A stretch of DNA of 64,000 nucleotides from an uncultured Gemmatimonadales bacterium (GCA_963823035.1 CAWGKG010000012.1:384001-448000); one strand, 5' to 3'. Shown: positions 19,712-32,037, counted from the stretch's first letter. Notes: generated by a model from the sequence alone, not told the origin. A program made the numbers and translations.

Positions 19712-20701
19712 GTGACAACCTACGGGCGTCGCCGCGGCCGCGCAGCGGTTGCGACGGCCGTGTCGCTCGTCGCCATCCTCGCGGCCGCATGCGGCGAGGA
19801 CACTCCGATCCCGCCGGACGCGCTCCGCTTCGGCCAGATCGGCAAGATCATCGTGGACATGGAGACGCCGCTGCAGTTCGGTGACGGGCAGCTCCGCCAG
19901 ATCCTGTCGTGGGGATCGGGCGGCCTCTGGTCCCTCCAGGAGTCGATCTCCTATCGGGATCTGATCGGCGACGAGTACTTCCAGCGGCACGCGAGCGACC
20001 TGGCGCAGTCGGCGGGCGCGTACGCCGAGGTCATCACACAGCTCAACGACACGCGTGGCGTCGAGCTGGACATCCCGGAGCTTTCACAGGACCTCGACGA
20101 GCCGTGCGGGCCCGGACGGACGCGCGTCACCTTCACGATCCAGGACGAGGCCAAGGACGACGCGCGCTCGTGGATCCGTTGCGTGAGCGGGTCGCTCGGC
20201 ACCGTGAAGACGGAGGACGCCGGACCGGATGCGGCGGCGTCCAGGATCGCCCAGGCGGTGCGCATCGTGCGCAACGGCACCCTCGGGGAGCGCTGGAACT
20301 CCCTCTACGCGGGGAGCGTGGCGTTCGGCACGCTCGACCGCGGCGAGGACTCGCACTCGTCGCTCGTCGAGCCCACCACGATCACGGACCCGGCGACGTG
20401 GGGCTCCTTCTGGATCTCCCACTCGGATATCCTGCCCGTGCCCTCGGTGGAGTTCGACACGGACATGGTGGTGGTGGGGATCCTCGGCCCGAAGCAGGAG
20501 GCCGGCGATTCCGTGGAGGTCCGCCGCATCCTGCAGGTGGACAACGGCACACAGATCGAGATCGTGGAGCTGGTTCCCGGCGACTTCTGTTCGCCGGCGG
20601 CACGCACGCACGTGCCCTTCCACATCGTGGTGGCGCCTCGGACCCCTCGGCCACACCGCTTCTCCGCGGTGGGCCGCGAAGAAGTCCCCTGCGGCGGCTG
20701 A
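19712..20701 (+). CDS. Lipoprotein with C-terminal PrcB-like domain
   Basis: Lipobox LAAAC; C-terminal PSVEFDTDMVVVGILGPKQEAGDSVEV...PFHIVVAP resembles PrcB_C. An alternative in-frame ATG lies at 19700. Confidence 0.6.
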   Translation: MTTYGRRRGRAAVATAVSLVAILAAACGEDTPIPPDALRFGQIGKIIVDMETPLQFGDGQLRQILSWGSGGLWSLQESISYRDLIGDEYFQRHASDLAQSAGAYAEVITQLNDTRGVELDIPELSQDLDEPCGPGRTRVTFTIQDEAKDDARSWIRCVSGSLGTVKTEDAGPDAAASRIAQAVRIVRNGTLGERWNSLYAGSVAFGTLDRGEDSHSSLVEPTTITDPATWGSFWISHSDILPVPSVEFDTDMVVVGILGPKQEAGDSVEVRRILQVDNGTQIEIVELVPGDFCSPAARTHVPFHIVVAPRTPRPHRFSAVGREEVPCGG

Positions 20702-20713
20702 GCGCACGCGTAC

Positions 20714-22147
20714 ATGTCGATCCGACGTCTCTTCGTGATGGTGCTCGTCACCTTCGCGGTCCTCCTGTCGGTGGCTGTGGCATGGCTCTCCTGGAACGAG
20801 GCGAGCGGGGCGGTCGAGGCGCAGCTCGACGAGCGCGCCACCGTCGTGGCGGGTGCGGCCGTGGAGGTCGGCCTGCAGTCCTCGCTCGTGGTGGGGCTGG
20901 AGCCCGGCTACGAGGACTCGGATGGCGTGGAAGGGCTACCACGCGCGGCTCCGGCACCTCCTGCGCTACGTCGACGAGGCGTACCTGGTCGCCCCCGACA
21001 ACACCGCTTTGGTCAGCTCCTTCGCGGCGGACTCCGTGCCCATCGGGATGCCGCTCCACGTCCTCGACCAGTTCGAGCCGGAGCTCGACTCCGCGCGCAC
21101 CCGGGGAACGGCGACCACGCGCGCCTTCCCGGGCACGGACGGCCGGCTGTACAAGTGGGGCTTCGCCGAGCTGGACGACTCGGGGATCCTCCTGGCCGTC
21201 CTCATGAAGGCGGACTACCTGGAGCCGCTCGCGCGCCTGCGCAAGCAACCTGATCTACGGCTCGGCCGTCGCCGCCGTGCTCGCAGCGCATCCTCGCGGC
21301 GCTGCTCGCGACGCGCATCGTCGAGCCCCTCGAGCGCCTGAGCCGGGTGGCCCTGCGCATCCAGCGAGGGCGCATGGACGAGCCGGTGGCCACGGAGCGC
21401 GGGCAGGAGATGGGCCGGCTGTCCCGTGCCATGGAGCGCATGCGCAGGGGGATCCAGGAGCGCGACGAGCAGCTCCGCCTCATGCTCGCGCAGGTCGCGC
21501 ACGAGATCCGGAACCCGCTGGGTGGGTTGGAGCTGTTCGCGTCCGCTGCCTCCGAGACCGAGGACGCCGCCGAGCGAGACAGGCTGATCCAGCGGGTGCG
21601 GACGGAGGTGTCGGGTCTCAACGGGATCATCGACGACTTCCTGACGTTCGCCCGGCCGCTGGCCCCGTCTCGCGGGCCGACGGACCTGCGCGAGCCGCTG
21701 CGCGAGGCGGTGGAGCTGGCGCGCGCCGAGGTCGACCGGAGGGGTGGCGACGCTCGAGCGTGGAGCTGCCCGACGAGCCGCTCGTCGCGAGCGTCGGCGC
21801 CGACCACGTGAAGCGGGCGGCACTGAACCTGCTTCGCAACGCAGCGCAAGTCGCGGAGCGGATCCGCCTGCGCGCATGGTCGCACGGCGGCGAGGTGGTG
21901 ATCTCGGTCTCGGACGACGGGCCGGGCGTACCGCCCGACCTGCGCGAGCGCATCTTCGACCCGTTCGTCACCGACAAGGAGCAGGGGGCGGGCCTCGGCC
22001 TGGCGATCGTGACGGAAGGTCGCGGAGGCCCACGGGGGGCGGGTCCAGCTCGTCCCCACCGAGGAAACAGATGGTGGGAGGGGTACGGAGTTCCGCATAT
22101 ATTTCGTGAGCCTCGAGAACCCGCCCGCGCTGCGCGTCGGCAGCTGA
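20714..22147 (+). CDS. HAMP-domain sensor histidine kinase; several frameshifts
   Basis: Two TM segments, HAMP, H-box VAHEIRNPLGG, N-box NLLRNA, G-boxes DDGPGVP, IFDPFVTDKEQGAGLGLAI across fragments. Confidence 0.9.
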
Positions 22148-22162
22148 GTTCAGCGACGTCCC

Positions 22163-23591
22163 ATGGCCGAGATCCTGATCATCGACGACCACGACTCCAT
22201 GCGGGAGGGGCTCGAGCTCCTCCTGCGGAGGCGTGGCCATCGTACGCGCTCGGCCGAGAGTGGGAAGAGGGGCCTGGAGCTGCTCGACCAGGAGCCCGCC
22301 GACCTGGTCATCACGGACCTGAAGATGGCCCGCATGGACGGGCTCGAGGTGCTGCGGCGGGTGAAGGGGGCCACGCCCGAGATCGAGGTGATGGTCATCA
22401 CCGCGCACGGTACGATCGAGACGGTCGTGGAGGCCATGAAGCTCGGCGCGGCGGACTTCATCACGAAGCCGTTCTCCTCCGAGGAGTTCGGCGTCAAGGT
22501 CGACCGCCTCGTCAACGAGCGCGCGGAGCGCCTGCGCCTACGGCGGGAGAACGTCGCGCTCCGCGTCGAGAACACCTACCTGCGCGAGGAGAGCCAGGCC
22601 CGCTACGGCGAGATCATCGGCGAGTCCCCACCGATGCAGCAGGTGTTCCGCTGGATCGACCGCGTGTCGCTGAGCGACTCCACGCTGATGGTCTACGGGG
22701 AGTCGGGCACCGGGAAGGAGCTGGTCGCGCGGGCCATCCACGCGGCGTCTCCCCGGAAGGGGGGCCCTTTCATCCGCGTGAACTGCGGCGCGCTCAACGA
22801 GAACCTCCTCGACTCCGAACTCTTCGGACACGAGAGGGGGGCGTTCACCGGAGCCGAGAAGCGGCGCAGGGGCCGCTTCGAGCTTGCCGACGGGGGTACG
22901 CTCTTCCTCGACGAGATCGCGACGGTGCCGTACACCACGCAGGTGCGCCTGCTGCGGGTGCTTCAGGAGCGCGAGCTCGAGCGCGTCGGCGGAGAGGAGA
23001 CGATCCCCGTGAACGTACGCATCATCGCCGCCACGAACGCGACGGCGGACGCGCTGCGCGAGCGACGGGACCTTCCGCGAGGACCTGTTCTACCGCCTGC
23101 ACGTCGTGCCGATCACCCTCCCTCCGCTTCGGGAGCGGAAGGAGGACATCTCGCTCCTCGTGCACCACTTCATCGAGAAGCTCCGTGGGCGCACAGCCTC
23201 CCCGGCCCGCGCGGCCAGCCCGGGCGCGCTGCGCCGTCTCGCGTCGTACGACTGGCCGGGGAACGTGCGTGAGCTGGAGAACGTGATCGAGCGGGCCCTC
23301 GTGCTCGCCGACGGGGAGCAACTGGACGAGCACGACATACCGGCGCTCGGCATGGGCGGGCACCTCCACGGCCGGCGCGCTGCCGGCGGCGGGGACCTCG
23401 CCCGGGAGGCCGCGCTCAGCCTGCCGACGGGCGGGCTCGACCTCAACCAGGCCGTCGAGGGTATGGAGGAGAGGCTCCTCCGCCAGGCGCTCGAGCAGGC
23501 GGAGGGCGTGAAGGCGGAGGCGGCCCGCCTGCTCGGCCTGAAGCCCAGCGCACTCTACTACAAGCTCGAGAAGTACGGGATCGAAGCGTGA
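22163..23591 (+). CDS. Sigma-54-dependent response regulator (NtrC/AtoC family); frameshift near 23065
   Basis: Receiver domain (IIDD, ITDLKM, TKP), [33 protein letters not shown], Fis-type HTH. Confidence 0.95.
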
Positions 23592-24527
23592 TGCTCTGTC
23601 CGCCGAGGAGACTCCTCACGGCGGCGTTGCTCTCCCTCGCAGCGCTCGCAGGTGCCCTGTCGCCCGCCTCCGGGCAGCAGACCACCGAGCAGCTGCTGGA
23701 CGATCGGCGCCTCGAGTACAAGGCGGCCAGGGACTCCTACGAGTCGGCGCTCAGCGCGCTGCGCGTCTATGGAGCGACAGTTCTCGACCGCGCTCAACGA
23801 GGTCACGCTCGCCCGTCGCAGCGGCGATGACGCCGCGTTGGAGCGGGCCTACGCCAGGGCACAGGATCGGGCGATCCCGTACGGCAGCCAGGAGGAGCGC
23901 GTCGCAGAGCAGCGCACGGGCTTGACGACGGCCCGCAGAGCGCTCGCCGATATGCTCGCGATCCGGCTCGACCAGCTCATCGACCAGATGAACGAAGCGT
24001 CCAGCTCGAGCGAGCGCGCACAGCTCAACATCCTGTGGACCAACCTGGACCACGAGCTGCGTGAGCTGGAGAACGAGTCCGGCAACAGCCTGCGCATCGA
24101 TCCGGCGGTGATGCCCGACATCACCTTCGATCCCCGGGACGTGCCCGCGGAACGGCTGCAGAAGGCCGAGATCCTCGAGCGGCGCGCGGCCAGCATCGAC
24201 ACGACCATCCAGGACGTGGATCGCCAGATCAAGGTGCTCAACGACCGCATCCGCATGCAGCGGCAGCGCGCCGACCTGATGGCGAACGTGGGCCGTTTCG
24301 ACGATACGCGGCTGCCGGTGGTGGGCGCGCCGCCGACGAGCGACCGCGACGGGGTCCAGGAACGCCCGGCGGCGGCGGACAGCGCCACGGCCCGATCGGA
24401 GCCGGTCAGCCTGGAAGCTCAGCTCGAGCGGCTGCGCGAGACGCGGGAGCAGCTGGTCCAGTACCGCGACGAGCACCTCGTCCGGGCGAGGGTGTTCCGG
24501 GAGAGCATACGGTCGGTGGCCTCGTGA
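23588..24527 (+). CDS. Secreted coiled-coil protein of unknown function; frameshift near 23765
   Basis: Signal peptide plus heptad-rich helical sequence; translationally coupled to the regulator. Confidence 0.65.
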
Positions 24528-25668
24528 GGACCGCTCCCAGCGAGCCTCGACGCGCGCGCCGGCTCGGTGCTGCTCCTGCTCGTGGGCCCTGTCCGTGCCG
24601 GCAGCGGCCTCGGCGCAGGTGAAGTGGCGCGACCTGGTGGTGACGCTGGGTGGGTCCGTGGAAGGCTACGTGGGCAACTTCTCCGCGGTGACCCTTCCCC
24701 TCGTGGACAGCACCGACCACGCCACGGCGACCGTGGGCGAGTTCGGCATCCGGGGCACGATCGACCTCCTGCAGCAGAGCAGCCGCAGCCTCGACGTTTC
24801 CTTCGACGGTGGCATCCGGCAGACCGCGGCCGTCGGCTTCAAGTTCAGGGACTACGCGCCACGTGAGTGGGTGGGAAGCGCATCGGCGCGCTTCCAGCAG
24901 CAGCTCGCGTCGTGGGGAGCGCTTCAGCTGCGCGGCAGCGCGCGCGGACGCTCGGTGCACGACCGGCCTCCACCGCCCCTCTCCCTCATGCAGCCGGCGT
25001 ACGCCACCGAACAGGGTTCGGTGATGTTCGTCACACGCTCCTTCGACGGTGTCATCCTCGACGCCACCGGCGACATCGAGTCGGCCGACTATCGCGCGCC
25101 GGAGATCCTGCCGCAGCTCGACCTCCTCGACCGCACGTCGTCGGGCGTGGAGGCCGGCATCCGCTGGGGCTACACGTCCACGGTACGCTTCTACGCGGGG
25201 ATGCGCTGGACGGACTACACGAACCAGCCGAGCTACGACCCCTCCGATCCGTTCCGTCGGGACCGTACGGTACGCGCGGGGCTGGAGTGGACCTATGCGG
25301 GCAGCGTCTTCGTGCAAACCGGCGCCGAAGGGACGCTGAACCGATCCAATTCCATCCGGCCGGAATACGACGCGCTCAGCTTCCGGCTGCTCATCACCGC
25401 TCCCCTCCCGGGCGCCCTGTCGGCGAGCCTCTATGCGCTCCTCGCCCGGAAGAGCTACGTGGCCGAGACGAGCTTCACGCGGCTGGTCCCGGGCGAGGAG
25501 GCGGACAACGCGTCCGTGGCCTATCTGCAGGTCAACCGCCCGATCGCGCTCAACCTGGACGGCGTCGTCCGCTTCGGGTGGACGCGCGCGGAGACGGACA
25601 TCGGCAACGCCTACTACCGGCGCTTCGGGATGTCCCTCCTCCTCAACTATCGTCCGATGGTGCGGTGA
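24524..25668 (+). CDS. Putative outer-membrane beta-barrel protein; frameshift(s) in the signal region
   Basis: Signal ending ASA-Q, alternating amphipathic strands, terminal strand FGMSLLLNYRP; GTGA overlap with the upstream gene. Confidence 0.6.
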
Positions 25669-26332
25669 TCTCCCCCACCACGATCGCCCAGCCGATCCAC
25701 TTCCCGTGGTGGGACAGGGAGACGTCGGCCGGCGCGGCCTCGCCGTCCAGCAGCACGGCCGGAGGCCTGCGTCCCGTGTAGCCGGGCGCGCATACGATCT
25801 CGAGGCGTCGCTCCACCACCTGCAGCGCATCCGAGAGCGCGGCGCGCGCGCCGAGACGCACGGCGGCGGAGTGCACGGAGTGGACGGCATCCGCCTCGCG
25901 GGGCGTGAAACGCGGCAGGAGGCGCTCGAGTGGGCCGTGCCAGGGCCCGCCCCATTCGTCCAGGCGGACGGTTGTCGCGGATACCTCCGAGGGGTCGACC
26001 CCCACCGACGCGACGACGTGCAGCGCGGGGCCCGCCCGCCTTACGTGGATCGGGATGCGCCGGCCGTCGTATTCGACGGCCTCGGCGGTGTACACGAAGG
26101 CCCGATGCACGAAGACGGGCGGCTCACCGTCGAGCTTCGTGACCACCTTGTAGGCCGCCTCCTTGGCGGCCCAGCACGTCCACAGGGCGACGTGCGGATC
26201 CTCAGCGCGCGACACGGCCTCGCGCTCGGAAGGGGCGAGCACCCGCTCGAGGAAACGGGCATGCCCGGTCTTGCCGCGGAGGGCCGGGTCGTCGAGGTCG
26301 ACGACGTCGTTTCCGACCCGCGCCGCGCTCAC
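25643..26332 (-). CDS. 4'-phosphopantetheinyl transferase
   Basis: VGNDVVD and WAAKEAAYK motifs, C-terminal VSLSHHG; GTG overlaps the upstream stop. Confidence 0.88.
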   Translation of the reverse strand: MSAARVGNDVVDLDDPALRGKTGHARFLERVLAPSEREAVSRAEDPHVALWTCWAAKEAAYKVVTKLDGEPPVFVHRAFVYTAEAVEYDGRRIPIHVRRAGPALHVVASVGVDPSEVSATTVRLDEWGGPWHGPLERLLPRFTPREADAVHSVHSAAVRLGARAALSDALQVVERRLEIVCAPGYTGRRPPAVLLDGEAAPADVSLSHHGKWIGWAIVVGEITAPSDDS

Positions 26333-27636
26333 GTCCCCTCGTGCACGACCCTCCAGATCTTCCCCTCCGAGCTCTCCACGATGTAGAGCGAGCCGTCCGG
26401 CCCCATCGCGACCCCCACCGGCCGTGCGCCGGCGTCTTCGAAGCCGTCGGCGAAGACGTCCCACTGGGTGGCGAAGCCGTCTCCCTGCGCCGGCAGGAAG
26501 GCCACGACGTATCCCGCCTGAGGGCGCGGCGCGCGGTTCCACGACCCGTGGAAGGCGATGAAGGCGCCGCCGCGGTAGTGCTCGGGGAACTGCTGCCCCG
26601 TGTAGAACTCGAGATCGTCCGGCGCCCAGTGTCCGGGGAAGGCTACGATCGGCAGGCTCTTGTCGGCGCAGCGTCCCACCTGCTGCCCGTCGCCCCCGTA
26701 CTCCGGCCCGAGGACCTTCTTCTTCGCCTGGGGATCGTAGAAGCAGTACGGCCAGCCGAAGTCGGCGCCCTCGTCGATGCGGACGAACTCCTCGCCCGGC
26801 TTCTCGGCGTTGTCGTCCACCGTGAAGAGGTCGGGCCAGAGGCTGTGCAGCTGGTCGCGCCCGTGCACGACGCCGTAGAGCACGCCCGTGCCCGGATGCA
26901 TGCGCAGCGCCACGGTGTTGCGCATCCCGGTGGCGAAGTGCGTGCCGTCCGCTTCGGTCTGACCGGTGCGAGTCGCGTCGAACCTCCAGATGCCGGCGCG
27001 CGTGACGAGCTGCGGGCAGGGATCCTGACCGGGCGAGCCCGGCGTTCGCGTCTGCTGCTGACAGGCGTTCGAGGGCGAGCCGATGTTCACGTAGAGGCTG
27101 CCGTCGTCACCGAGCGCGATGCTCTTCGCGGTGTGGTTCCCCGTGTCCGGCAGCCCCGAGACGATCGTCTCGGGCGGTCCGGACGGCGTCATCTGGCCCG
27201 CCTGGAGCGGATAGCGCAGCACGCGGTCGTCCGGCGCATGGTAGACCCACCCGTCCGCCAGCAGGACGTCGTTGCCCCCCGCCACGCCCCACCGCTCCGT
27301 CTGGTCGGCCCGTCCGTCTCCGTCCGTGTCGCGCAGGACCGCGACGCCACCCGCGCCGGCGTCGGTGTCGTTGAGGGCGACGAAGACGTCTCCGTTCTCC
27401 GCGACCGCGACGTGGCGGGCCCCGCGGATCCCGTCGGTCACGACGATCGCGCAGAATCCGTCGGGGAGCGTGATGCCGCCGTTGTCGGGTGCGCAATGCG
27501 CGGCGAGCCCCTGTCCGGCGTCGGCGGCCTCACCCTGCTGGGCGGAACTGGAAGGACCCTCCGCAGGCGCACAGGCCAGGAGGGTGAGGAGGGTCAGGGA
27601 GAGGGCGGCGCCCGGGAGGTGGCGGCTGCTGTTCAT
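26329..27636 (-). CDS. PQQ-dependent sugar/sorbosone dehydrogenase family lipoprotein
   Basis: Lipobox LLAC; LPDGF, LYVNIGSPSNAC, FATGMRN, DFGWPYC, AFHGSWNR, RPVGVAMGPDGSLY. Confidence 0.9.
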   Translation of the reverse strand: MNSSRHLPGAALSLTLLTLLACAPAEGPSSSAQQGEAADAGQGLAAHCAPDNGGITLPDGFCAIVVTDGIRGARHVAVAENGDVFVALNDTDAGAGGVAVLRDTDGDGRADQTERWGVAGGNDVLLADGWVYHAPDDRVLRYPLQAGQMTPSGPPETIVSGLPDTGNHTAKSIALGDDGSLYVNIGSPSNACQQQTRTPGSPGQDPCPQLVTRAGIWRFDATRTGQTEADGTHFATGMRNTVALRMHPGTGVLYGVVHGRDQLHSLWPDLFTVDDNAEKPGEEFVRIDEGADFGWPYCFYDPQAKKKVLGPEYGGDGQQVGRCADKSLPIVAFPGHWAPDDLEFYTGQQFPEHYRGGAFIAFHGSWNRAPRPQAGYVVAFLPAQGDGFATQWDVFADGFEDAGARPVGVAMGPDGSLYIVESSEGKIWRVVHEGT

Positions 27637-27722
27637 GGTGTGGCTCCGGTGGGTTCCAACGGTACACGACGTTCTTGGCGGGTCCGTCGGCCGTCAAGGG
27701 TGGCCCGACGCCCGTCGGGCTC

Positions 27723-28151
27723 TCAGGAGCGGCCGCCGGCGATGCCGTGGCGGATGGGATCCGGTACGCGCATCGGCCGGCGATTCTCGCCCACGAAGAC
27801 CGCGGTCACCAGGGCGCGGGCCACCTCGGCGAAGTCGCCGGAACTTCGCAGATCCTGAGCAAGAACCATGCTGGTGCGCTTGAATCCCTGCACCCACGTG
27901 CGCACGAGGAGCCGCTGCCCGAGCCGAGCCTCCTTCACGTAGTCCACCTCGATGCGCACCACGTACACGCCCCAGCCGCGGGCCACCAGCGACTCGTAGG
28001 GAAAGCCCCAGTCGCGCAGGGCCTGGAAGCGTCCATGCTCCAGGTAGTTGAGGAACACCGCGTGGTTGACGTGACCGAACGAGTCCAACTCGTAGCTGCG
28101 GACCTCGATCCCGGTCTCGGAGACGGGCGTTCCCTCCGGTGGCTCGAACAC
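27723..28151 (-). CDS. Acyl-CoA thioesterase (4-HBT/YbgC hot-dog family)
   Basis: VRSYELDSFGHVNHAVFLNYLEHGR motif. Confidence 0.92.
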   Translation of the reverse strand: MFEPPEGTPVSETGIEVRSYELDSFGHVNHAVFLNYLEHGRFQALRDWGFPYESLVARGWGVYVVRIEVDYVKEARLGQRLLVRTWVQGFKRTSMVLAQDLRSSGDFAEVARALVTAVFVGENRRPMRVPDPIRHGIAGGRS

Positions 28152-31100
28152 TAGTCCATCAGCCCCTGCTCACGGATGAGGTCGCCCAGCTCGGCCCGAG
28201 ACGTCAGCTCGAGCTTCTGGAAGATGTTGGACAGGTGCGTGCTCACCGTGCGTGGCGAGATGCCCAGCTCCTTGCCGATCGCCTTGTTGGAGCGTCGGCG
28301 CGCGACGCGGCGTGCGATCTCGAACTCACGCGGGGTGAGACCGGCCACCCCCTCGCCGACGCCCCGTGGCGGCGGCCGATGCCCGACCTCACGGAACTGG
28401 ATGCGCGCCTTCTCCAGCTCGTGCTCGGCACCCATCTGCGCGAAGACGTCATGCACGCGGCGGAGCTCGGCGAGCGAGCCCTCCACGTCTCCGATCTCGG
28501 CCAGCCGACCGGCGAGCTGTCGACGCACGCGTGCCGCGTAGGGGATCATCGGGATCGCCTCGAGGGCCTCCGCCGCCTCACGCATGGCCACCGCGCCACC
28601 CCGCGCGTCGCCCCTCTTCCAGCGCACCATCGCGTCACAGGCGTCCGCCCACGCCAGCCCGAGCTTGTGGTTGTTCGCGGTCGCGTGCCCGCGCAGCGTG
28701 CGCCCCACCTGCTCGGCTTCGTCGATCTCGCCGGCCCACAGGCACGCCTCGGCGAGGATCGGCAGCAGACGGTGCACCGCCCAGGGCGTGTAACCGGTTC
28801 CCTCCGCGATCGCGAGGCCCTGGCGCGCCGTCTCGATGGCCTTCGAGTATTCACCGAGCGCGACCTGGTAGTGTGCCGTGCCGATCAACGTCGGCACCAT
28901 CATGTGCACGTCACGGGGGCCTTCCTCGAGGAGCCCGGAGACGGCGTACGCCTCATCGAGCAGCGCCCGGACCCGGTCGAGGTCGCCGCGCCCCTGGTAG
29001 AAGAGCGAGGTGAGCGTGAGCAGCCGGGGAAGGAGCCGACGCTGGTTGAGGTTGCGGGCCAGCGTGATCGCCTGCTCGCCGAGCGCGATGCCGGCGTCCC
29101 AGTCGCCACTACCGTACGCGAGCTCGATCGACAGCTCCTCCGTCCAGAGACGCAGGACGGGCGAGCGCAGCTCGTTGGCCAGCGCGGTCGCGGCGGCGGT
29201 CTCCGCCACCATCTTGCGGGTCTCGCCCGCCATGCCCCAGAGCACGGCGAGGCTCCAATGCGCCCAGAACTCGACCGAGCGGTCTCCGGAGGGGCGCGCG
29301 AGCGCGATCGCCTTCTCCGCGTGGAACTCGGCGGCTTGGGGCGGGCCGATCCACGCGTGCAGGAGGGCGAGCGAGCGATGCACGCTGGCGAGCAGGTGCG
29401 CGTCGCCGATGGACTCGGCCACCGGGAGGGCCGCCGCCACCTCGGCCTGGGCGTCCGCACCGCGCCCCAACTCCTGGAAGCAGTGGCTGCGGATCAGGCG
29501 GATCTGGACCTGCTGCGCCTCCGCGCCGGCCGACTCCGCCGACCGGAGAGCGGTGTCGAGGTGCCGGAGGGCCTTGCGCGCTCGGCCGCACCAGAAGTCC
29601 ACCAGGGCGAGGCGACTGAGGATGGAAGCGTGCTCTTCGCTTCCGGGGGTCGACCAGGGGAGGGCTCGCTCCCAGAGCGCGGCCGACTCCTCGTACTCGC
29701 CGAGCCGGCGGAGCGCTCGCGCGAGGTCCGCCACCAGCGGCGCGAGCTTCCCCCGGCCGGCCGGGTAGCCGCCCGGCCCCTCCGCGCGATCGAGCGCGGC
29801 CCGAAGGTAGTCGGCGGCCTCGCGGTCGGCGTGACGCTCGAGCGCGGCGTGCCCGGCCGCGGCCAGATAGGTCACGGCCTTGGTGGTCAGATGACCGGCG
29901 TCGGCACGGGCGAAGTGGTAGGCCAGCTCGTCCGCGTGGTCCAGCGCCCGATCGCCCCAGTAGGCCTCCATGGCCTCGGCCACGGCTCCGTGCAGGACCC
30001 GGCTGCGCTGCAGGCCGAACTCGTGGTAGAGGGTCTCCCGCACGAGCGGATGGCGGAAGTCGTGTACCACCGTCGAGCCTTCGGTTCGCTCCGTGAGCAC
30101 GCCGTGCGCGCACAGCTCCTCCAGCGCCGAGAGGAGCTGTCCCTCCCCGAGCCCGCTGATCGACGAGAGGAGAGGGTACGTCGCGCGCGTGCCGATCACC
30201 GCCGCGAGCTCCGCGACGGTTCGCGCCTCGTCCGAGAACGCCTCCAGCGTTCCCACCACCGCGTCCCGGATGGACCCTGGAAGCGCGAAGTCCCGGGCGT
30301 CCCACCCCACCCACGTGCCCCCCCGACTCACGAGGCGACGGTTCGAGACGAGGGAGCGGAGCACCTCTTCCACGAAGAACGGGTTCCCACGCGTCCACTG
30401 GTAGAGCATCGCGGAGAACTCGCGCACCAGCTCGGCCTCCACGGAGAAGATGCGGCACACCAGCTCCGTCACCTGGTCGCGCGTCAGGGTGCCGAGGTGC
30501 TGGACATGGGCGACGCCCAGCGAGACCAGGGAGCGCTCGGTCTGGACGAGCATGGGGCTCCGGTCGCGCTCGGTGTCCTTGTACGTGCAGAGGAGGAAGA
30601 GGGGATGGTTCGCCGCCTGCCGGGCCACGAAGTGGATGAGCTCCAACGAGGAGGGATCGGCCCACTGCAGATCCTCCAGCACGAGGAGCAACGGCCTGCG
30701 CTCCGCGAAGCTCTTGAGGAACTCCGCGAAGTTCCAGAACAGGCGGGTGCGGACCTCGCCCGGGCTCGCCGCCCGCCGGATCGTGGACCGCTTCGGCGCC
30801 GGGACCGAGCGCGGGGAAGAGGTAGCGGATACCCTCTTCTCCGCCGCGGCTGAGCACCGTGAGCGTCTCCGGCTCGATGTCCCTCAGGAGCGGGAGGAAG
30901 GCGTCCGCCAGGAGCGCGAACGGCACGCCCCGCTCCACGGGGTAGGCGCGTCCCCGCCCGACGGTCACCTCCTTCCGCTCGGCCCGCTGCGCGATCTCGG
31001 CGGCGAGGCGGGACTTGCCGGATCCGCCCTCGCCGCAAAGGAGAACGCTGGGCACGGCGTGCCCCCGGTCGTGGATCAGCGCCTCGAGCTTCGCGAGCTC

Positions 31101-31178
31101 GCTGCTGCGACCGACCAGCGGGAAGGTGGCTGGGAGGCTTCCGGCCTCACTCCGAGGCGCGGCGGTGCTCGAATCCAT
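28151..31178 (-). CDS. Large ATP-binding LuxR-family (LAL/STAND) transcriptional regulator; frameshift near 30775
   Basis: LVGRSSEL, GEGGSGKSRL Walker A, LEDLQWAD, GNPFFVEE, FRHPLVRE, TPR-like region, C-terminal LTPRE...SNKAIGKELGISPRTVSTHLSNIFQKL. Confidence 0.92.
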
Positions 31179-31263
31179 GTCCTTCGACGCGGCGGGATTT
31201 CAGGGCAATGTACGGGGTCACGCTAATAGTAGAGCTTCCGCGCGTGTGGCGACACCGAAGCTG

Positions 31264-32037
31264 CTAACCCGCGACGGCCACCGTGCCGAATCGCCGTTCG
31301 CGCCCGTGGAACTCCCGAATCGCCGCGGCCAGGTCCTGCGCCCGGAAGTCCGGCCACATGCGCGGCGTGAAGACCAGCTCCGCGTAAGCGCATTCCCAGA
31401 GAAGGAAGTCGCTGAGCCGCTGCTCCCCGCCGGTGCGCACGAGCAGGTCCACGTCGGGCGAGCCCTCGCTCCCGGCGTTCATCGCTTCCGCGAGCCGGCG
31501 CTCGAACGTCTCCAGGTCCAGGCCGCTCGCCGGCCCGCAGGCGCGCGCCGCCTCGAGCAGCGTGTGCCGGCTCGAATAGTCGATCGCCAGGCGGAGGAGC
31601 AGGCGGTCTCCCCCGGCGGTGGCCTCCTCGGCCTGCTCGACCGCCCCGAGCACCTCCGGTGAGAGGCGGTCGCGACGACCGATGACGCGCAGGCGCACCT
31701 CGTTGTCGACCAGGGCCGGCGTCTCCGAGCGGAGATAGCGGCGGAAGAGCGACATGAGCGCGCGCACCTCCCGTCCCGGTCGCTGCCAATTGTCGGACGA
31801 GAAGGCGTAGAGGGTGAGCGTGGAGATGCCCAGCTCGGGAGCTCCCTCCACCACGGCACGCACCGCCTTCACGCCCTGGCGGTGCCCCCACTCGCGGGGG
31901 CGGCCACGCGCCTTCGCCCAGCGGCCGTTGCCGTCCATGATGACGCCGACGTGGAGATCGCCTCCACCGCTGCGTGCGCTCTGTCCCATAGAGTCCGCGC
32001 CCAAAAAAATAGAGCCCTGTTCTGTTTTCGTGCTCAT
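31264..32037 (-). CDS. uppS: cis-prenyltransferase (UppS family)
   Basis: [53 protein letters not shown]; no adjacent frr/cdsA/dxr, so probably a second copy. Confidence 0.93.
   Translation of the reverse strand: MSTKTEQGSIFLGADSMGQSARSGGGDLHVGVIMDGNGRWAKARGRPREWGHRQGVKAVRAVVEGAPELGISTLTLYAFSSDNWQRPGREVRALMSLFRRYLRSETPALVDNEVRLRVIGRRDRLSPEVLGAVEQAEEATAGGDRLLLRLAIDYSSRHTLLEAARACGPASGLDLETFERRLAEAMNAGSEGSPDVDLLVRTGGEQRLSDFLLWECAYAELVFTPRMWPDFRAQDLAAAIREFHGRERRFGTVAVAG

Noticed and set aside
28139..30853. Very long antisense ORFs (also 49328..52036, 35236..37944, 52234..54228 and others)
   Set aside because: They lie opposite well-supported genes and have no motifs; such shadow ORFs are expected at this GC content.
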